64,000 nucleotides of DNA from a candidate division TM6 bacterium GW2011_GWF2_28_16. Its GTDB lineage: Bacteria > Babelota > Babeliae > Babelales > UASB340. The notes beneath the pieces were generated by a model. It was not told where the DNA came from. It saw only the letters and a list, made by a program, of their open reading frames with translations, and ran no database searches. A program made the position numbers and the translations under genes. The stretch covers positions 97,435 to 161,434 of the forward strand of contig LBNX01000001.1 in assembly GCA_000989185.1 (NCBI GenBank), given 5' to 3'. This document shows positions 48,687 through 60,920 of this stretch, piece after piece; the stretch's first letter is position 1; each line of letters begins with the position of its first letter.

Positions 48687-48726
48687 TTTTCACTATAATA
48701 TTTTACTAGTTTTTAGGGGAAAGATC

Positions 48727-49986
48727 GTGAATAAATCTTGTTTAGTATTTTTAATATTATTGTCTAATTTTAATAAAAATATTTATTCGACTATAGATTT
48801 TCAGCCATTTAAGGCTTATATGCCAAAAAGCGATGGTCTATTATTACTTACAGATATAAAGTATTCTGATAATAAAATAAGCAATAATATAATAAATGAA
48901 CTAAACAAAATAAAATCTTACGAAGATATTAAAGAAATCAAAGATGCAATTTCTATAAAAGAATTTATAACTAATGGTTTTTTTGAACAAGACAAAAAAT
49001 CAAGTTTTTACCTATATTGTCAACAAAGAACAGATGCTACTAATATTGGCATTATTGGCAAAATAGCAATAGATAATTATATAAAAAAAGAAATTAAGCA
49101 ACATGAAAATATTATCGAATCTAAAGCAGAATTTGCACAAAAAATAATAGACATACAAAAAGCTTTTATAGAACCTGTACTACTTTCTTATAAAGATAAC
49201 CCCAAAATAAATTCTATAATTATTAAAACTTTGGCTCAATATCCAGACTTTGCCATTAAAACAATAAATAAAACACGACATTTAATTTGGAAAATAAATA
49301 AAAAAAATGATATAAATGCTATTACTAAAATTTTTTCTGGCATGCCTAATTTGTATATAGCAGATGGACATCACAGATGCGCTGCAGCATCACGTATTAA
49401 AAATGATGATATAAAATATATGACAGCTGCATTATTTTCGGACGAACAAATAACTATTTATCCTTATCATAGGTTATTAAAAAATATAAATAATTTATCT
49501 AAAAATAATTTTAAAGAAACACTTAGAAAACATTTTGATTTAGTAAAATCCACAAAAAAAACAGTACCACATAAAAATATTAGACTTTATTTTAATACAA
49601 AATGGTACACATTAAAACCAAAAAATCATAATTCAAAAATAACAAATATTTGGATAAGCATAAAAAATACTTTTCATAAAAAAGAATATAACATCTTAGA
49701 AACAATACCTTCTCAATTATTTCAAGAAAAAATAATAAATGAAATTTTTGGTAAAGATCAAGAAAAAATAAATACCAGCTTAGAGTATATAAGTGGTAAT
49801 TTAAGCATAGACAAAATAATTTCTAAAGTTGAAAAAGAAAATTATACAGCACTATTTTTATTACCAGCATTAAAACCAACAGAACTTATGACTGTTGTAG
49901 ATTATAATAAAAATTTGCCACCAAAATCTACTTGGATAGAGCCCAAAATAAAAGCTGGTTTAGTTGTAAAAGATTTAGAAGAGTAA
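48727..49986 (+). CDS. DUF1015-family protein
   Basis: 419 aa with the YIADGHHR motif characteristic of DUF1015 as I recall it. GTG start with a GGGGAAAG SD. Confidence 0.6.
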   Translation: MNKSCLVFLILLSNFNKNIYSTIDFQPFKAYMPKSDGLLLLTDIKYSDNKISNNIINELNKIKSYEDIKEIKDAISIKEFITNGFFEQDKKSSFYLYCQQRTDATNIGIIGKIAIDNYIKKEIKQHENIIESKAEFAQKIIDIQKAFIEPVLLSYKDNPKINSIIIKTLAQYPDFAIKTINKTRHLIWKINKKNDINAITKIFSGMPNLYIADGHHRCAAASRIKNDDIKYMTAALFSDEQITIYPYHRLLKNINNLSKNNFKETLRKHFDLVKSTKKTVPHKNIRLYFNTKWYTLKPKNHNSKITNIWISIKNTFHKKEYNILETIPSQLFQEKIINEIFGKDQEKINTSLEYISGNLSIDKIISKVEKENYTALFLLPALKPTELMTVVDYNKNLPPKSTWIEPKIKAGLVVKDLEE

Positions 49987-49989
49987 AAT

Positions 49990-52431
49990 TTACTTTTTTT
50001 TCTTTTTATTTTTGCTTACTTTTTTTTTACTTTTATTTTTTATTTTTTTATTTTTAGTTTTATTAGCTTTTAAATCTTTTTTTGCTTTTTCAAATGGATC
50101 TTGCATAAAAGAATTTTTAAGAACTTCGTCCATATTTTCTGCATAAAAGATTTCAAGCGAACCATTAAGTTCTTTCTCAAACTCTTTTATATCATCTTCA
50201 TTTTCTTTTGAAACTATAACTTTTTTTATTCCCAATCTAGACGCTGCAAGCAATTTTTCTTTAAGTCCACCAACAGGCAACACTCTACCTTGTAAAGTAA
50301 TTTCACCTGTCATAGCGATAGCCTTAACAACAGATATACCTGTTAATGCAGATGCTATTGCTGTACCAATTGTAATACCAGCCGAAGGACCATCTTTAGG
50401 AATTGCACCTTCTGGCACATGTATATGAATATCAAGTTCAGAATAAAAATCTGGTTTTAAGCCCAAATCTTTTGCTCTAGATCTTATATAAGTCATAGCA
50501 GCTTGCGCAGATTCTTGCATAACTTCGCCCAATTGACCAGTTAAAGTTAAAGCACCCTTACCTTTAAGAGTTACAACTTCTATATCCAAAACATCGCCGC
50601 CCACTTCGGTCCAAGCAAGACCTGTAACACGACCTATATCTTTTAATTTTGATCTGTCAGGTTCTTTAAATTTAGCCCTGCCCAGCCAAGAAGATATATT
50701 TTCATCCGTAATATTAATAATTTTTAAATTTTTATCTTTTAATAAACTTTGTATAGCTTTTCGTACAAGTTTTGCAATAACTCGCTCCAACTGACGAACA
50801 CCAGCTTCTTTAGTATATTCTTCTATAACTCGTGACAATATCTTTTCACAAACTATAAACTGCTCAGGTTTTAATGCATGCTCTTTTAATAATTTAGGCA
50901 CTAAAAAGTCTTGAGCTATTTTTAATTTTTCAGCACTTGTATAACCATTAAGACCTATAATTTCCATTCTATCTAACAATGGATATGGTACATTATCAAC
51001 TACGTTAGCAGTTGTAATAAACATAACATTAGACAAGTCATAATCTACTTCTAAAAAGTAATCAGAAAAAGCATGATTTTGTTCTGGATCTAAAACTTCC
51101 AATAATGCTGATGCAGGATCGCCCCTAAAATCCATCGCCATTTTATCTATTTCATCAAGAACAATAACAGGATTTAAAACTTCTGCTTTTTTCATAGCCT
51201 GAATAATTTTACCAGGCATAGCACCAATGTAAGTTCTTCTATGTCCACGAATTTCAGCTTCGTCTCGCATACCACCTAAAGAGATTCTAACAAGCTTTCT
51301 ACCCAATGCTTGCGCAATAGATAACGCAAGAGAAGTCTTTCCAACACCTGGAGGACCAGCCAAACAAATTATAGGCGAACGCTTAAGTTCATTACCTGCA
51401 AATTTTTTCGCTGCCAAAAATTCTATAATTCTTTCTTTTGGCTTTTTCATTCCTGCATGAGAATTATCTAATAATTTTTCAGCTTCTTCTATAGTTACAT
51501 TATCGCTAGTAGTATTTTCCCATGGTAAATTTAATAACCAATCAACATAATTTCTGCTTACTGCAGCTTCAGGAGAAGTTGGTGTCATTGATTCAAGCCT
51601 TTTAAGCTCAGACTCAACTTTTTCATAAGCCTCTTTTGATATTTTTGTCTTTTTCAATTGCTTTCTTAATGCATCAATTTCCTGCTGAAAATCATTTTTA
51701 CCAAGCTCTCTTTGAATAGCTCTCATTTGTTCATTTAAATAATAATCTTTTTGATTTTTATCTATTTGTCTTTGTACACGTTTTTTTATTTTTTGAGCCG
51801 TTAATAAAACTTCTATCTCTTTTTTTAACAGAACACTAAGATGTATAGCTCTTTCTTCCAAATCGATTAAATTCAATACATCTTGCCTTTGTAAAAAATT
51901 CAAAGGCAATTGTACCGCAATAGTATCTGTTAAATAATCTAAATCTTGAGGCCCCTTAAATAAAGCCAACAAATCTGGTGATATTTTTTCATTTAAAGAA
52001 ATATACTCTTTAAAATCTTCGTACAACGTTCTCCAAAGTGCATTATTTTTTGCACTGTCCTGAATAATTCCAGCATCTATATCTTTAACCAATACACCCA
52101 AAAAGCCATCACCTGGCTGCTCAGCTTGTATTTGAGCTCTACAAATACCCTCTATCAAAATTTTAAATGTATTATTTGGCATTCTTGCAATTTGCAAAAT
52201 AATAGCCCTTGTGCCAACATCAAACAAATCCGAAACCATCGGTGTTTCTACAGATTCTGATCGCTGCGCAGAGACAAAAACTTCTTTATTGTTTTTTGCT
52301 GCAAACTCAACTGCTTTTATAGAAATATCTCTACCAACAACAACAGGAACAATGCTTTTAGGCAGCGCCACCATGTTTTTTAAAGGCAAAACGGGTAAAA
52401 ATTTTAATTCCAAATCTTTTACTTGCTCCAT
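49990..52431 (-). CDS. lon: ATP-dependent Lon protease
   Basis: [10 protein letters not shown] (LON N-domain), [15 protein letters not shown] and [11 protein letters not shown] (catalytic Ser). It has a Lys-rich C-terminal tail. Confidence 0.93.
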   Translation of the reverse strand: MEQVKDLELKFLPVLPLKNMVALPKSIVPVVVGRDISIKAVEFAAKNNKEVFVSAQRSESVETPMVSDLFDVGTRAIILQIARMPNNTFKILIEGICRAQIQAEQPGDGFLGVLVKDIDAGIIQDSAKNNALWRTLYEDFKEYISLNEKISPDLLALFKGPQDLDYLTDTIAVQLPLNFLQRQDVLNLIDLEERAIHLSVLLKKEIEVLLTAQKIKKRVQRQIDKNQKDYYLNEQMRAIQRELGKNDFQQEIDALRKQLKKTKISKEAYEKVESELKRLESMTPTSPEAAVSRNYVDWLLNLPWENTTSDNVTIEEAEKLLDNSHAGMKKPKERIIEFLAAKKFAGNELKRSPIICLAGPPGVGKTSLALSIAQALGRKLVRISLGGMRDEAEIRGHRRTYIGAMPGKIIQAMKKAEVLNPVIVLDEIDKMAMDFRGDPASALLEVLDPEQNHAFSDYFLEVDYDLSNVMFITTANVVDNVPYPLLDRMEIIGLNGYTSAEKLKIAQDFLVPKLLKEHALKPEQFIVCEKILSRVIEEYTKEAGVRQLERVIAKLVRKAIQSLLKDKNLKIINITDENISSWLGRAKFKEPDRSKLKDIGRVTGLAWTEVGGDVLDIEVVTLKGKGALTLTGQLGEVMQESAQAAMTYIRSRAKDLGLKPDFYSELDIHIHVPEGAIPKDGPSAGITIGTAIASALTGISVVKAIAMTGEITLQGRVLPVGGLKEKLLAASRLGIKKVIVSKENEDDIKEFEKELNGSLEIFYAENMDEVLKNSFMQDPFEKAKKDLKANKTKNKKIKNKSKKKVSKNKKKKK

Positions 52432-52585
52432 AAAACTTTCTATTTATTTAAAATTATTTATTGTCTTTATTAATTACACATCCCCCAACAGCTACTAAAT
52501 AGTACGTCAAAAATTAATATATCGCAAGAAGTTTTTACCCATAATCAACATTACAATTTGTAACAATTTTATTTTATTTATTAAA

Positions 52586-52613
52586 TTGACATTTGAACCC
52601 CCTGTCATATAAT
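52586..52613 (+). promoter_or_regulatory. consensus sigma70 promoter upstream of the first nucleotide transporter gene
   Basis: TTGACA (52586-52591), a 16-nt spacer, then TATAAT (52608-52613). The predicted leader is about 120 nt. Confidence 0.65.
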
Positions 52614-52736
52614 TAAATACAATAGGAATCGAGAAAAAGTTGTTTTTTTGTGTCTTTAATTTTTCACTAAAACAGCCCCCTTTTTAATTGATTCGATTAT
52701 TTATGGTCCAAAAGCGGGCTGGGTTTAGGAAAACGG

Positions 52737-54158
52737 ATGGGAACGGTAATGCTAAACAAATTAGCTGAAAAAATGCTTTCGCTTTGGAATGTAAAAAAGG
52801 AATTTCGACTTAAAGTCTTTTTATTATCTTTAACCTTTCTATTTATGTCTGCTTGCCAAGCAATTTGGCGACCATTAAGAAACGCTATATTTGCGAAAAT
52901 GGTTGGCGCGGAATTTGTTCCAGATGCAAAAATTTATTCACTACTTTTTTTAATACCTTTAATTTTAATTTATTCAAAATTAGTCGACTGGCTTAGAAGA
53001 CACCAACTTTTATATGTATTTTTATTATTACATGCTATTGGTGGAATAATTTTATACTTTTTTTTAATTAACCCTGTTTATGGACTAGCAAATACTGAAA
53101 TAGGTACAAACAGAATTGTTGGTTGGGCAATATATTTTTTCCAAGAAAGTTTTGCCGCATTTATGTCCATGTCATTTTGGTCTTTTGCAGACTCTATAAA
53201 CAACCCTTCTGATGCTAAAAACTATTATGGTTTATTTGTTGCCGGATCCAAAATTGGCAGTATCATTACAGCAGGAACATTATACCTAGCAACAAGCGGA
53301 ATGGCTGTAACCCAAGATCAAATTATTTTACCTAAATTTCTATTAGCAGGCAGTTTACTTTTGGGCTGTGCCTTTATAACGTTATACTTTTTAATGAAAT
53401 ATGTTCCAGGCTATTATATGCACGGGTACGAGGCCGTTTACAAAGTAGAAAAAGCAAGAGAAAAAGAAGAAGAAAAAGAAAAATTCAGTTTTATAAACAT
53501 GCTAAAAAAGCCTTTTGAAGGCCTAATTGTCATGATTAAAAATCCTTATGTTCTTGGAATTTTTGGATTAGTTTTATTTTACGAAGTTACAATAGTAATT
53601 TTTGACTATGTAGTACTACTTGCGGCTGACGCTTCACACTCATCTGCCGGCTCACTAACAGCATTTTATGCAGGATACTATGTATCAATGAATCTTGTTG
53701 GCCTAGTTATAACACTATTTGGTACAACACCATTTTTAAGAGTATTTGGAATAAATAAAGCACTCTATATATTTCCAATAATAAGTATTGCAATAATAAC
53801 ATTAACAATAATACATCCATCTGCAAGCATGTTATTAATAGCCTTAGTTTTATTACGAGCATTGAATTATGCATTAAATCATCCAACCCGTGAAATTTTA
53901 TATATACCTACAACAAAAGCTATTAAATTTAAAGCAAAAGCATGGACCGATGCATTTGGGGGCAGAATATCAAAGGGCGCAGGATCTGTATTAAATATTT
54001 CTATGAAAAAATTAGTGCCTATTACATTTTTATATGCAAATTTATTCATAAGTCTTGGCTTAATGGGTCTATGGCTGGTAGTAGTAAGTTTCTTGAGTAA
54101 AAAACTTAAAAAAGTTATTGCAGATGAAACTATTATTGGAGAAAAACCTATAATTTAA
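52737..54158 (+). CDS. ATP/ADP translocase-type nucleotide transporter (NTT/Tlc family), paralogue 1
   Basis: About 12 TM segments. FWSFADSINNPSDAKNYYGLF resembles the Tlc signature (W.FAN.I….EAKRFY), and IYSKLVDWLRRHQL and …LYIPT.K..KFKAKAW.D are also present. Confidence 0.8.
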   Translation: MGTVMLNKLAEKMLSLWNVKKEFRLKVFLLSLTFLFMSACQAIWRPLRNAIFAKMVGAEFVPDAKIYSLLFLIPLILIYSKLVDWLRRHQLLYVFLLLHAIGGIILYFFLINPVYGLANTEIGTNRIVGWAIYFFQESFAAFMSMSFWSFADSINNPSDAKNYYGLFVAGSKIGSIITAGTLYLATSGMAVTQDQIILPKFLLAGSLLLGCAFITLYFLMKYVPGYYMHGYEAVYKVEKAREKEEEKEKFSFINMLKKPFEGLIVMIKNPYVLGIFGLVLFYEVTIVIFDYVVLLAADASHSSAGSLTAFYAGYYVSMNLVGLVITLFGTTPFLRVFGINKALYIFPIISIAIITLTIIHPSASMLLIALVLLRALNYALNHPTREILYIPTTKAIKFKAKAWTDAFGGRISKGAGSVLNISMKKLVPITFLYANLFISLGLMGLWLVVVSFLSKKLKKVIADETIIGEKPII

Positions 54159-54246
54159 CTTGTAAAAAAAATAAAAAGCTATAAAGTTTAACACTTCAAT
54201 ATCTCTTTTATTAAGATATAAATTTATTTAAAACACAGGAAAACAA

Positions 54247-55623
54247 ATGTTTTTGTTTGATAAAATATCTGAATTATTTAAAAATTTAAAAAAAGACAGT
54301 ATTAACTACGATTTTAAAAAGCTGGCTTTACTCGCTAGTGCATTTCTATTTATTATCGGCACATATTCAATAATACGCCCCTTAAAAACATCTGTTTTCT
54401 TGGGATTGGTTGGAAAAGAATATCAACCAATCACAAAGCTTTTAACTATTATAATTCTATTTCCAGTATTATTTATTTATACAAAGCTTGTTGATAAATT
54501 AAAAAGACATCAAGTGCTTTATTATTGCTTAGCCTTTTATGTTGTATCTATAGCAGTGGCTGCAGGAATATTGATGCACCCGGTTATGGGCTTACAAAAT
54601 ACAAACACAAGCCCTTATAGAATATTTGGTTGGATATTTTATATATTAATCGATCTATATTCTACAATAGCTGTAAGCACATTCTGGGCATTTGCAAACT
54701 CTATAAGCACTCCAGATTATGCAAAAGGTAACTATGGAAAATTAGTTGCATTTTCTCGCATAGGAGGCATTGTCACTTCAATTGGCAGCTGGTTTATAAT
54801 GGAAAAACTTGATATACCAATTGTTTCTAGCATACCAACTTTATTAATTATATCAGCTCTTTTGCTTGTTTTTGCTGCATTGTGTATAGCTAAAATAAAG
54901 CGTGATATTCCCGGTTATTTATTACATGGTTACGAAGCTGTTTATATTGCAGAAAAACAAAAGGGCAAAGAAAAAAATGTAGGAATATTTGAAGGCTTAA
55001 ATTTAATGATATTGCAACCATATGTTATGGGCATATTTGTCTTAAATTTTATTTATGAAGCAATAAGTATGATACTTGATTACCAAATGCAAGTACAAAT
55101 GTCTGTGGCAACAAACAATTCTATAGGCGGCATGAGTGCATTTATGTTTTTATACACAGCTGCATTTCAAGTTTTAGGTTTAGTATTCGCTTTTTTTGGC
55201 ACATCAGCCATGTTAAAAAAGTTCGGCGTAAATTTTTCACTATTCATTATGCCAATTGCAATAATAATTATGATGATAGGCTTATTGTTTTTCCCCAATT
55301 TAACAACTATTTTTATTATAATGGTCGTGATTCGCGCATTACATTATGGCTTTAATGGACCAGTAAGAGAAATTTTATATATCCCAACAAGTAAAGATAT
55401 TAAATTTAAGTCAAAAGCATGGATAGATTCATTTGGCAGAACATTATCCAAAACATCCGGCTCTGCATTTAATTATATCTACAGAAACGCTGCATATTTA
55501 GCATTAACACGACTAAATGCATTTATAATAATTGCATTATCAGGAGTATGGACTGTAGCAACATTTTTTGTGGGTAGAAAATATACAAAAGTAATTGAAA
55601 AAAACGAAACTATTGGCGAATAA
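54247..55623 (+). CDS. ATP/ADP translocase-type nucleotide transporter (NTT/Tlc family), paralogue 2
   Basis: Collinear with paralogue 1: FWAFANSISTPDYAKGNYGKL, IYTKLVDKLKRHQV, PGY.LHGYEAVY and EILYIPTSKDIKFKSKAWID. Confidence 0.8.
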   Translation: MFLFDKISELFKNLKKDSINYDFKKLALLASAFLFIIGTYSIIRPLKTSVFLGLVGKEYQPITKLLTIIILFPVLFIYTKLVDKLKRHQVLYYCLAFYVVSIAVAAGILMHPVMGLQNTNTSPYRIFGWIFYILIDLYSTIAVSTFWAFANSISTPDYAKGNYGKLVAFSRIGGIVTSIGSWFIMEKLDIPIVSSIPTLLIISALLLVFAALCIAKIKRDIPGYLLHGYEAVYIAEKQKGKEKNVGIFEGLNLMILQPYVMGIFVLNFIYEAISMILDYQMQVQMSVATNNSIGGMSAFMFLYTAAFQVLGLVFAFFGTSAMLKKFGVNFSLFIMPIAIIIMMIGLLFFPNLTTIFIIMVVIRALHYGFNGPVREILYIPTSKDIKFKSKAWIDSFGRTLSKTSGSAFNYIYRNAAYLALTRLNAFIIIALSGVWTVATFFVGRKYTKVIEKNETIGE

Positions 55624-55641
55624 TTTTGTTTTAAATATCTA

Positions 55642-55669
55642 TTGAATTTTAAGCTATATTTGTTAGAAT
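55642..55669 (+). promoter_or_regulatory. sigma70 promoter candidate (extended -10) for rpsB
   Basis: TTGAAT, a 16-nt spacer, then TGtTAGAAT. The predicted leader is about 105 nt. Confidence 0.5.
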
Positions 55670-55779
55670 TTAAGCTCGTTAGTTATTTTGTTGAATCTTA
55701 TCTCTTATTACAGGTGGTAATTTTTCTAAAAAGAAAAAACCTAGGAGATAATTGTTAAAACCTGCGAAAGATATATATC

Positions 55780-56748
55780 ATGATAGATTTAAAAGATCTT
55801 CTACAAGCGGGCGTGCACTTTGGTCACAAAACCTCCCGTTGGTCCCCAAAAATGAAACCTTTTATTTGGGGTTCTAAGAATAAAATACATTTAATTGATA
55901 TTGCAAAAACAGCTTTTTTAATGGAAAGAGCCGGCAAATACTTGCAATCAATTGCAGCAGAAGGTAAATCAATATTATTTATTGGTACAAAAAAATCTGC
56001 TCAAGCCGCAATTTTAAAAACAGCAAAAGAAATCAGCTCTCCTTATGTTACAAATAGATGGGTTGGTGGAACATTAACAAACTTTGATCAAGTAAAAAAA
56101 GCAATAACAAGATTACTTCATTTACAAGATATAATTAAAAAGCCTACAGATTATTACAAGAAAAAAGAATTAAGCATGATTCAAAAAGAAGTTTCCAGAT
56201 TGGAAAAAAACATTGGCGGCATCTTAGATTTAAGATTTCCACCAGGAGCAATTGTAATTGTTGACGCAAAAAAAGAAGTTTCTGCAGTAAGAGAAGCTAT
56301 AAATGCAGGAATTCCTGTAGTAGCTCTTGTAGATACAAACACAGATCCATCTGGAATCAACTTTGTAATACCTGCCAATGACGATTCAGCTAGATCAATA
56401 GAATTTATATTGCAATATTTAGCAACATTTGTAAAAGAGGGTCAAAAGCTTGTTGCAGACAAAAAAGCTGCTACAAAAGACGATCGCAAAGATCTAGTAA
56501 AAAAAGCAAAAGATTCTGCTACAAGTACAATCAAGCAAGAAGCTGAAAAAGCTCAAGAACAAGAAACAATAGAACAAGCTCCTGTTATAAATACAGAAGT
56601 TTTAGAATTATTAACACAAGATACCGATGAAGACTCTACAGAAGATACTGCAGCTAAAAAGAAAACTTTAATTAAAAAAGCTGCATTAGAAACAGAAAAA
56701 ATAGCACCTAAAAAATTCGCACCTAAAAGAACTACATCTAGAAAATAA
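55780..56748 (+). CDS. rpsB: 30S ribosomal protein S2 with a long acidic/basic C-terminal extension
   Basis: LLQAGVHFGHKTSRWSPKM, FIGTKK, RWVGGTLTNF and VVDTNTDP. It is 322 aa, against about 240 typical. Confidence 0.93.
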   Translation: MIDLKDLLQAGVHFGHKTSRWSPKMKPFIWGSKNKIHLIDIAKTAFLMERAGKYLQSIAAEGKSILFIGTKKSAQAAILKTAKEISSPYVTNRWVGGTLTNFDQVKKAITRLLHLQDIIKKPTDYYKKKELSMIQKEVSRLEKNIGGILDLRFPPGAIVIVDAKKEVSAVREAINAGIPVVALVDTNTDPSGINFVIPANDDSARSIEFILQYLATFVKEGQKLVADKKAATKDDRKDLVKKAKDSATSTIKQEAEKAQEQETIEQAPVINTEVLELLTQDTDEDSTEDTAAKKKTLIKKAALETEKIAPKKFAPKRTTSRK

Positions 56749-56759
56749 GTATTAAAACT

Positions 56760-56851
56760 GGAGAGGTGGCTGAGTGGCCGAAAGCGCACGATTGGAAATC
56801 GTGTATATCCTGAAAGGGGTATCGAGGGTTCGAATCCCTCCCTCTCCACCA
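56760..56851 (+). tRNA. tRNA-Ser (GGA)
   Basis: Acceptor GGAGAGG/CCTCTCC, anticodon loop TTGGAAA, a long variable arm, T-arm GAGGGTTCGAATCCCTC, and an encoded CCA. Confidence 0.92.
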
Positions 56852-56860
56852 TTCAAACTT

Positions 56861-56935
56861 CGGGGTAAGTTGGTATAAGATCAAATTGGTCAGGTCCGGA
56901 AGGAAGCAGCCAGGGTTGAGTACCGCTGTACCCCG
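56861..56935 (+). ncRNA. ffs: signal recognition particle RNA (small 4.5S type)
   Basis: GGTCAGGTCCGGAAGGAAGCAGCC is identical to the conserved domain IV core of E. coli 4.5S RNA. The closing stem is CGGGGTA/TACCCCG, followed by T8. It lies directly upstream of dnaX, as in Bacillus. Confidence 0.85.
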
Positions 56936-57022
56936 TTTTTTTTATAAACATTTTATTTAATTTTCTGGTTTTAATATATAATAATTTACAATAGTTACAG
57001 TTTTTATAGCCAGGGAATTTTT

Positions 57023-58738
<1,716 letters not shown>

Positions 58739-58770
58739 TATAAAATTTTAAAAATTTAAATTAAAAAAAT

Positions 58771-60096
58771 ATGAAAAAAAATAAAAAATATCCAAAAGTC
58801 TTAATTGTCGGTCGAACAAATGTTGGTAAATCTACCCTGTTTAATAGAATAGCCAAAGATGCACAAAGTCTTGTATTAGAACAAGAAGGCGTAACTCGAG
58901 ACTATATTACAGAAGTAGTAACATGGAAAGAAAAAACATTTGAACTTATCGATACAGGTGGCGTGTCTTTTAAACCTGAAAAAGATGTAATTCTTGAAAA
59001 CGTTAGATTAAAAGTTTTAGATTTATTAAATCAAGCTGATTTAATATTATTTATATGTGATGGCAAAAATGGCCTTACAGAACATGATAGATTAGTAGCA
59101 AAAGTACTACATAAAACAAAAAAACCTGTATTTTTAATATTAAATAAAGCTGATAATAAATTATTACAAGAAAATGCACCTCAGTTTTTTTCTTTGGGAA
59201 TGAAAGATATTATCGAAATTTCAGCTCTTCATGGTACAGGCGTTATAGATTTGCTTAATAAAATAATCACTGTAATTCCAGAACCAAAAGTTATAGAAAC
59301 AAATAATCGCGAAACTTATAAAGTGACTATTATAGGCAAACCCAATGTAGGTAAATCTTCTTTAACTAATTTACTGTTACAAGAAGATAGAACCATTGTT
59401 TCTCCTGTTGCAGGCACAACTCGCGAAGCAATAACCGAACGAACTTATATTGCGCAAGATTTAGTTACAATTACAGATACTGCAGGTGTTAGAAAAAAAA
59501 GCAGCGTTAAAGAAGAAATAGAAAATTTAATGGTAAAAAGTTCTTTAAGTGCTATTAGAATTTCTAATATTATTTTATTAGTAGTAGATGCAAGCGAAAA
59601 ACAATTATCTGATCAAGAATTAAAATTATTATTTTATGCTCAAGAAGAAAAAAAGGCTTTAATTTTAATTTTTAATAAAACAGATTTAATAACGCCAACA
59701 GAACGTAAAGAACTTGAATATAAACTTAAAGAATATAATTTTATATTAAAAAAATTACCTATCATCTGGATATCTTGTTTAAGCAAAAAAAATATATCCA
59801 AAATACACAAGCAAATAGAAAAACTATGGACAAGATTAAAACAAGTATTTAGCGATGAAGAAATAGATGAACTTATAAAAACAGCTTTTATTAAAAAACC
59901 ATTATTTCATAAAAAGAACGAATTAAAATTATACAAAATTAGACAAATAACAGATGCAAAAACATTAACATTTTTATTAAAAGTAAATCGCCCAGAATGG
60001 TTTGAAGAAACCCAACTTGGTTTTATAGAAAATGTTTTACGCAAAAATTATGACTTACTAGGTTGTCCAATAAAATTTATTATTAGCAAAAAATAA
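58771..60096 (+). CDS. der: GTPase Der (EngA)
   Basis: Two G domains: GRTNVGKSTLFN/DTGG/NKAD and GKPNVGKSSLTN/DTAG/NKTD. A KH-like C-terminal domain follows. Confidence 0.92.
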   Translation: MKKNKKYPKVLIVGRTNVGKSTLFNRIAKDAQSLVLEQEGVTRDYITEVVTWKEKTFELIDTGGVSFKPEKDVILENVRLKVLDLLNQADLILFICDGKNGLTEHDRLVAKVLHKTKKPVFLILNKADNKLLQENAPQFFSLGMKDIIEISALHGTGVIDLLNKIITVIPEPKVIETNNRETYKVTIIGKPNVGKSSLTNLLLQEDRTIVSPVAGTTREAITERTYIAQDLVTITDTAGVRKKSSVKEEIENLMVKSSLSAIRISNIILLVVDASEKQLSDQELKLLFYAQEEKKALILIFNKTDLITPTERKELEYKLKEYNFILKKLPIIWISCLSKKNISKIHKQIEKLWTRLKQVFSDEEIDELIKTAFIKKPLFHKKNELKLYKIRQITDAKTLTFLLKVNRPEWFEETQLGFIENVLRKNYDLLGCPIKFIISKK

Positions 60097-60107
60097 AATA
60101 AATTAAA

Positions 60108-60890
60108 ATGTCTCTATTAAAAGTAGAAAATCTGAATCAATATTATGGTAAAAATAAAATACTCAATAATATTTCGTTTGATTTAAATTCAGGCGAAGTT
60201 GTTGCTTTTTTGGGCCCTAATGGTGCAGGTAAAACAACTTTACTAAGAACGGTTGCAGGACTTTTAAAAACAGAATCTCATGATATACATTTAAAACTTA
60301 ATTTAATTAATTTTAAAAATAATATTATTAATAATTATTCTGTAAGTGATCGAGTTTCTATGGGCCTTTTATACTTACCACAGCAAACTTCACTATTTAA
60401 GCAAATGTCAGTAATAGATAATTTAAAATTAATATTTAAATACCATAATTACTGGGATAATAATAAAAATAAATTAAACATATTTAATCAAGAACTAGAA
60501 TCTTGGCTATTAAAAACAAATTTAACTAATCATAAAAAACAACTCGCAGGCTCACTTTCTGGTGGGCAAAAAAGAAAGCTTGAAGTAATTCGATCTATTT
60601 TAATGCATCCAGAAGCTATATTATTAGATGAACCATTTGCAGGAGTTGATCCTAAATCTATTTATGAGCTTAAAGAAATCTTTGCAAATTTAGCAAAAGA
60701 AAATATAGCTGTATTAATATCAGACCATAACGTAGACCAATTATTATCTATAGCCAACAGAGTTTATGTAGTAATAAAAGGTGAAATTATAAAGACAGGA
60801 ACCATAAAAGATATTATTAATGACAACGCTACAAAAGAAATGTATTTTGGATATGAGTTTTATAAAGAGCTTTCAGATAAGTTTCTTTAA
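60108..60890 (+). CDS. lptB: LPS export ABC transporter ATP-binding protein
   Basis: GPNGAGKTT, YLPQQTSLF, LSGGQKRKLEV and LLDEPFAGVDP. It sits next to hpf, which is the canonical lptB neighbourhood. Confidence 0.8.
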   Translation: MSLLKVENLNQYYGKNKILNNISFDLNSGEVVAFLGPNGAGKTTLLRTVAGLLKTESHDIHLKLNLINFKNNIINNYSVSDRVSMGLLYLPQQTSLFKQMSVIDNLKLIFKYHNYWDNNKNKLNIFNQELESWLLKTNLTNHKKQLAGSLSGGQKRKLEVIRSILMHPEAILLDEPFAGVDPKSIYELKEIFANLAKENIAVLISDHNVDQLLSIANRVYVVIKGEIIKTGTIKDIINDNATKEMYFGYEFYKELSDKFL

Positions 60891-60920
60891 GTATTAAAAA
60901 TATACAGAAAGGGATAGTAA

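Noticed and set aside
52432-52585. Heat-shock control elements (sigma-32 promoter CTTGAAA/CCCCAT or the CIRCE inverted repeat) upstream of lon.
   Set aside because: I found no match to either consensus on the minus strand. There is only a weak sigma70-like TTGCGA-17 nt-TACTAT candidate, too uncertain to annotate.
56553-56852. 99-aa minus-strand ORF starting MVEREGFEPSIP.
   Set aside because: Its start is the reverse translation of the tRNA-Ser T-arm and acceptor, a classic artefact. The rest is antisense to the rpsB tail.
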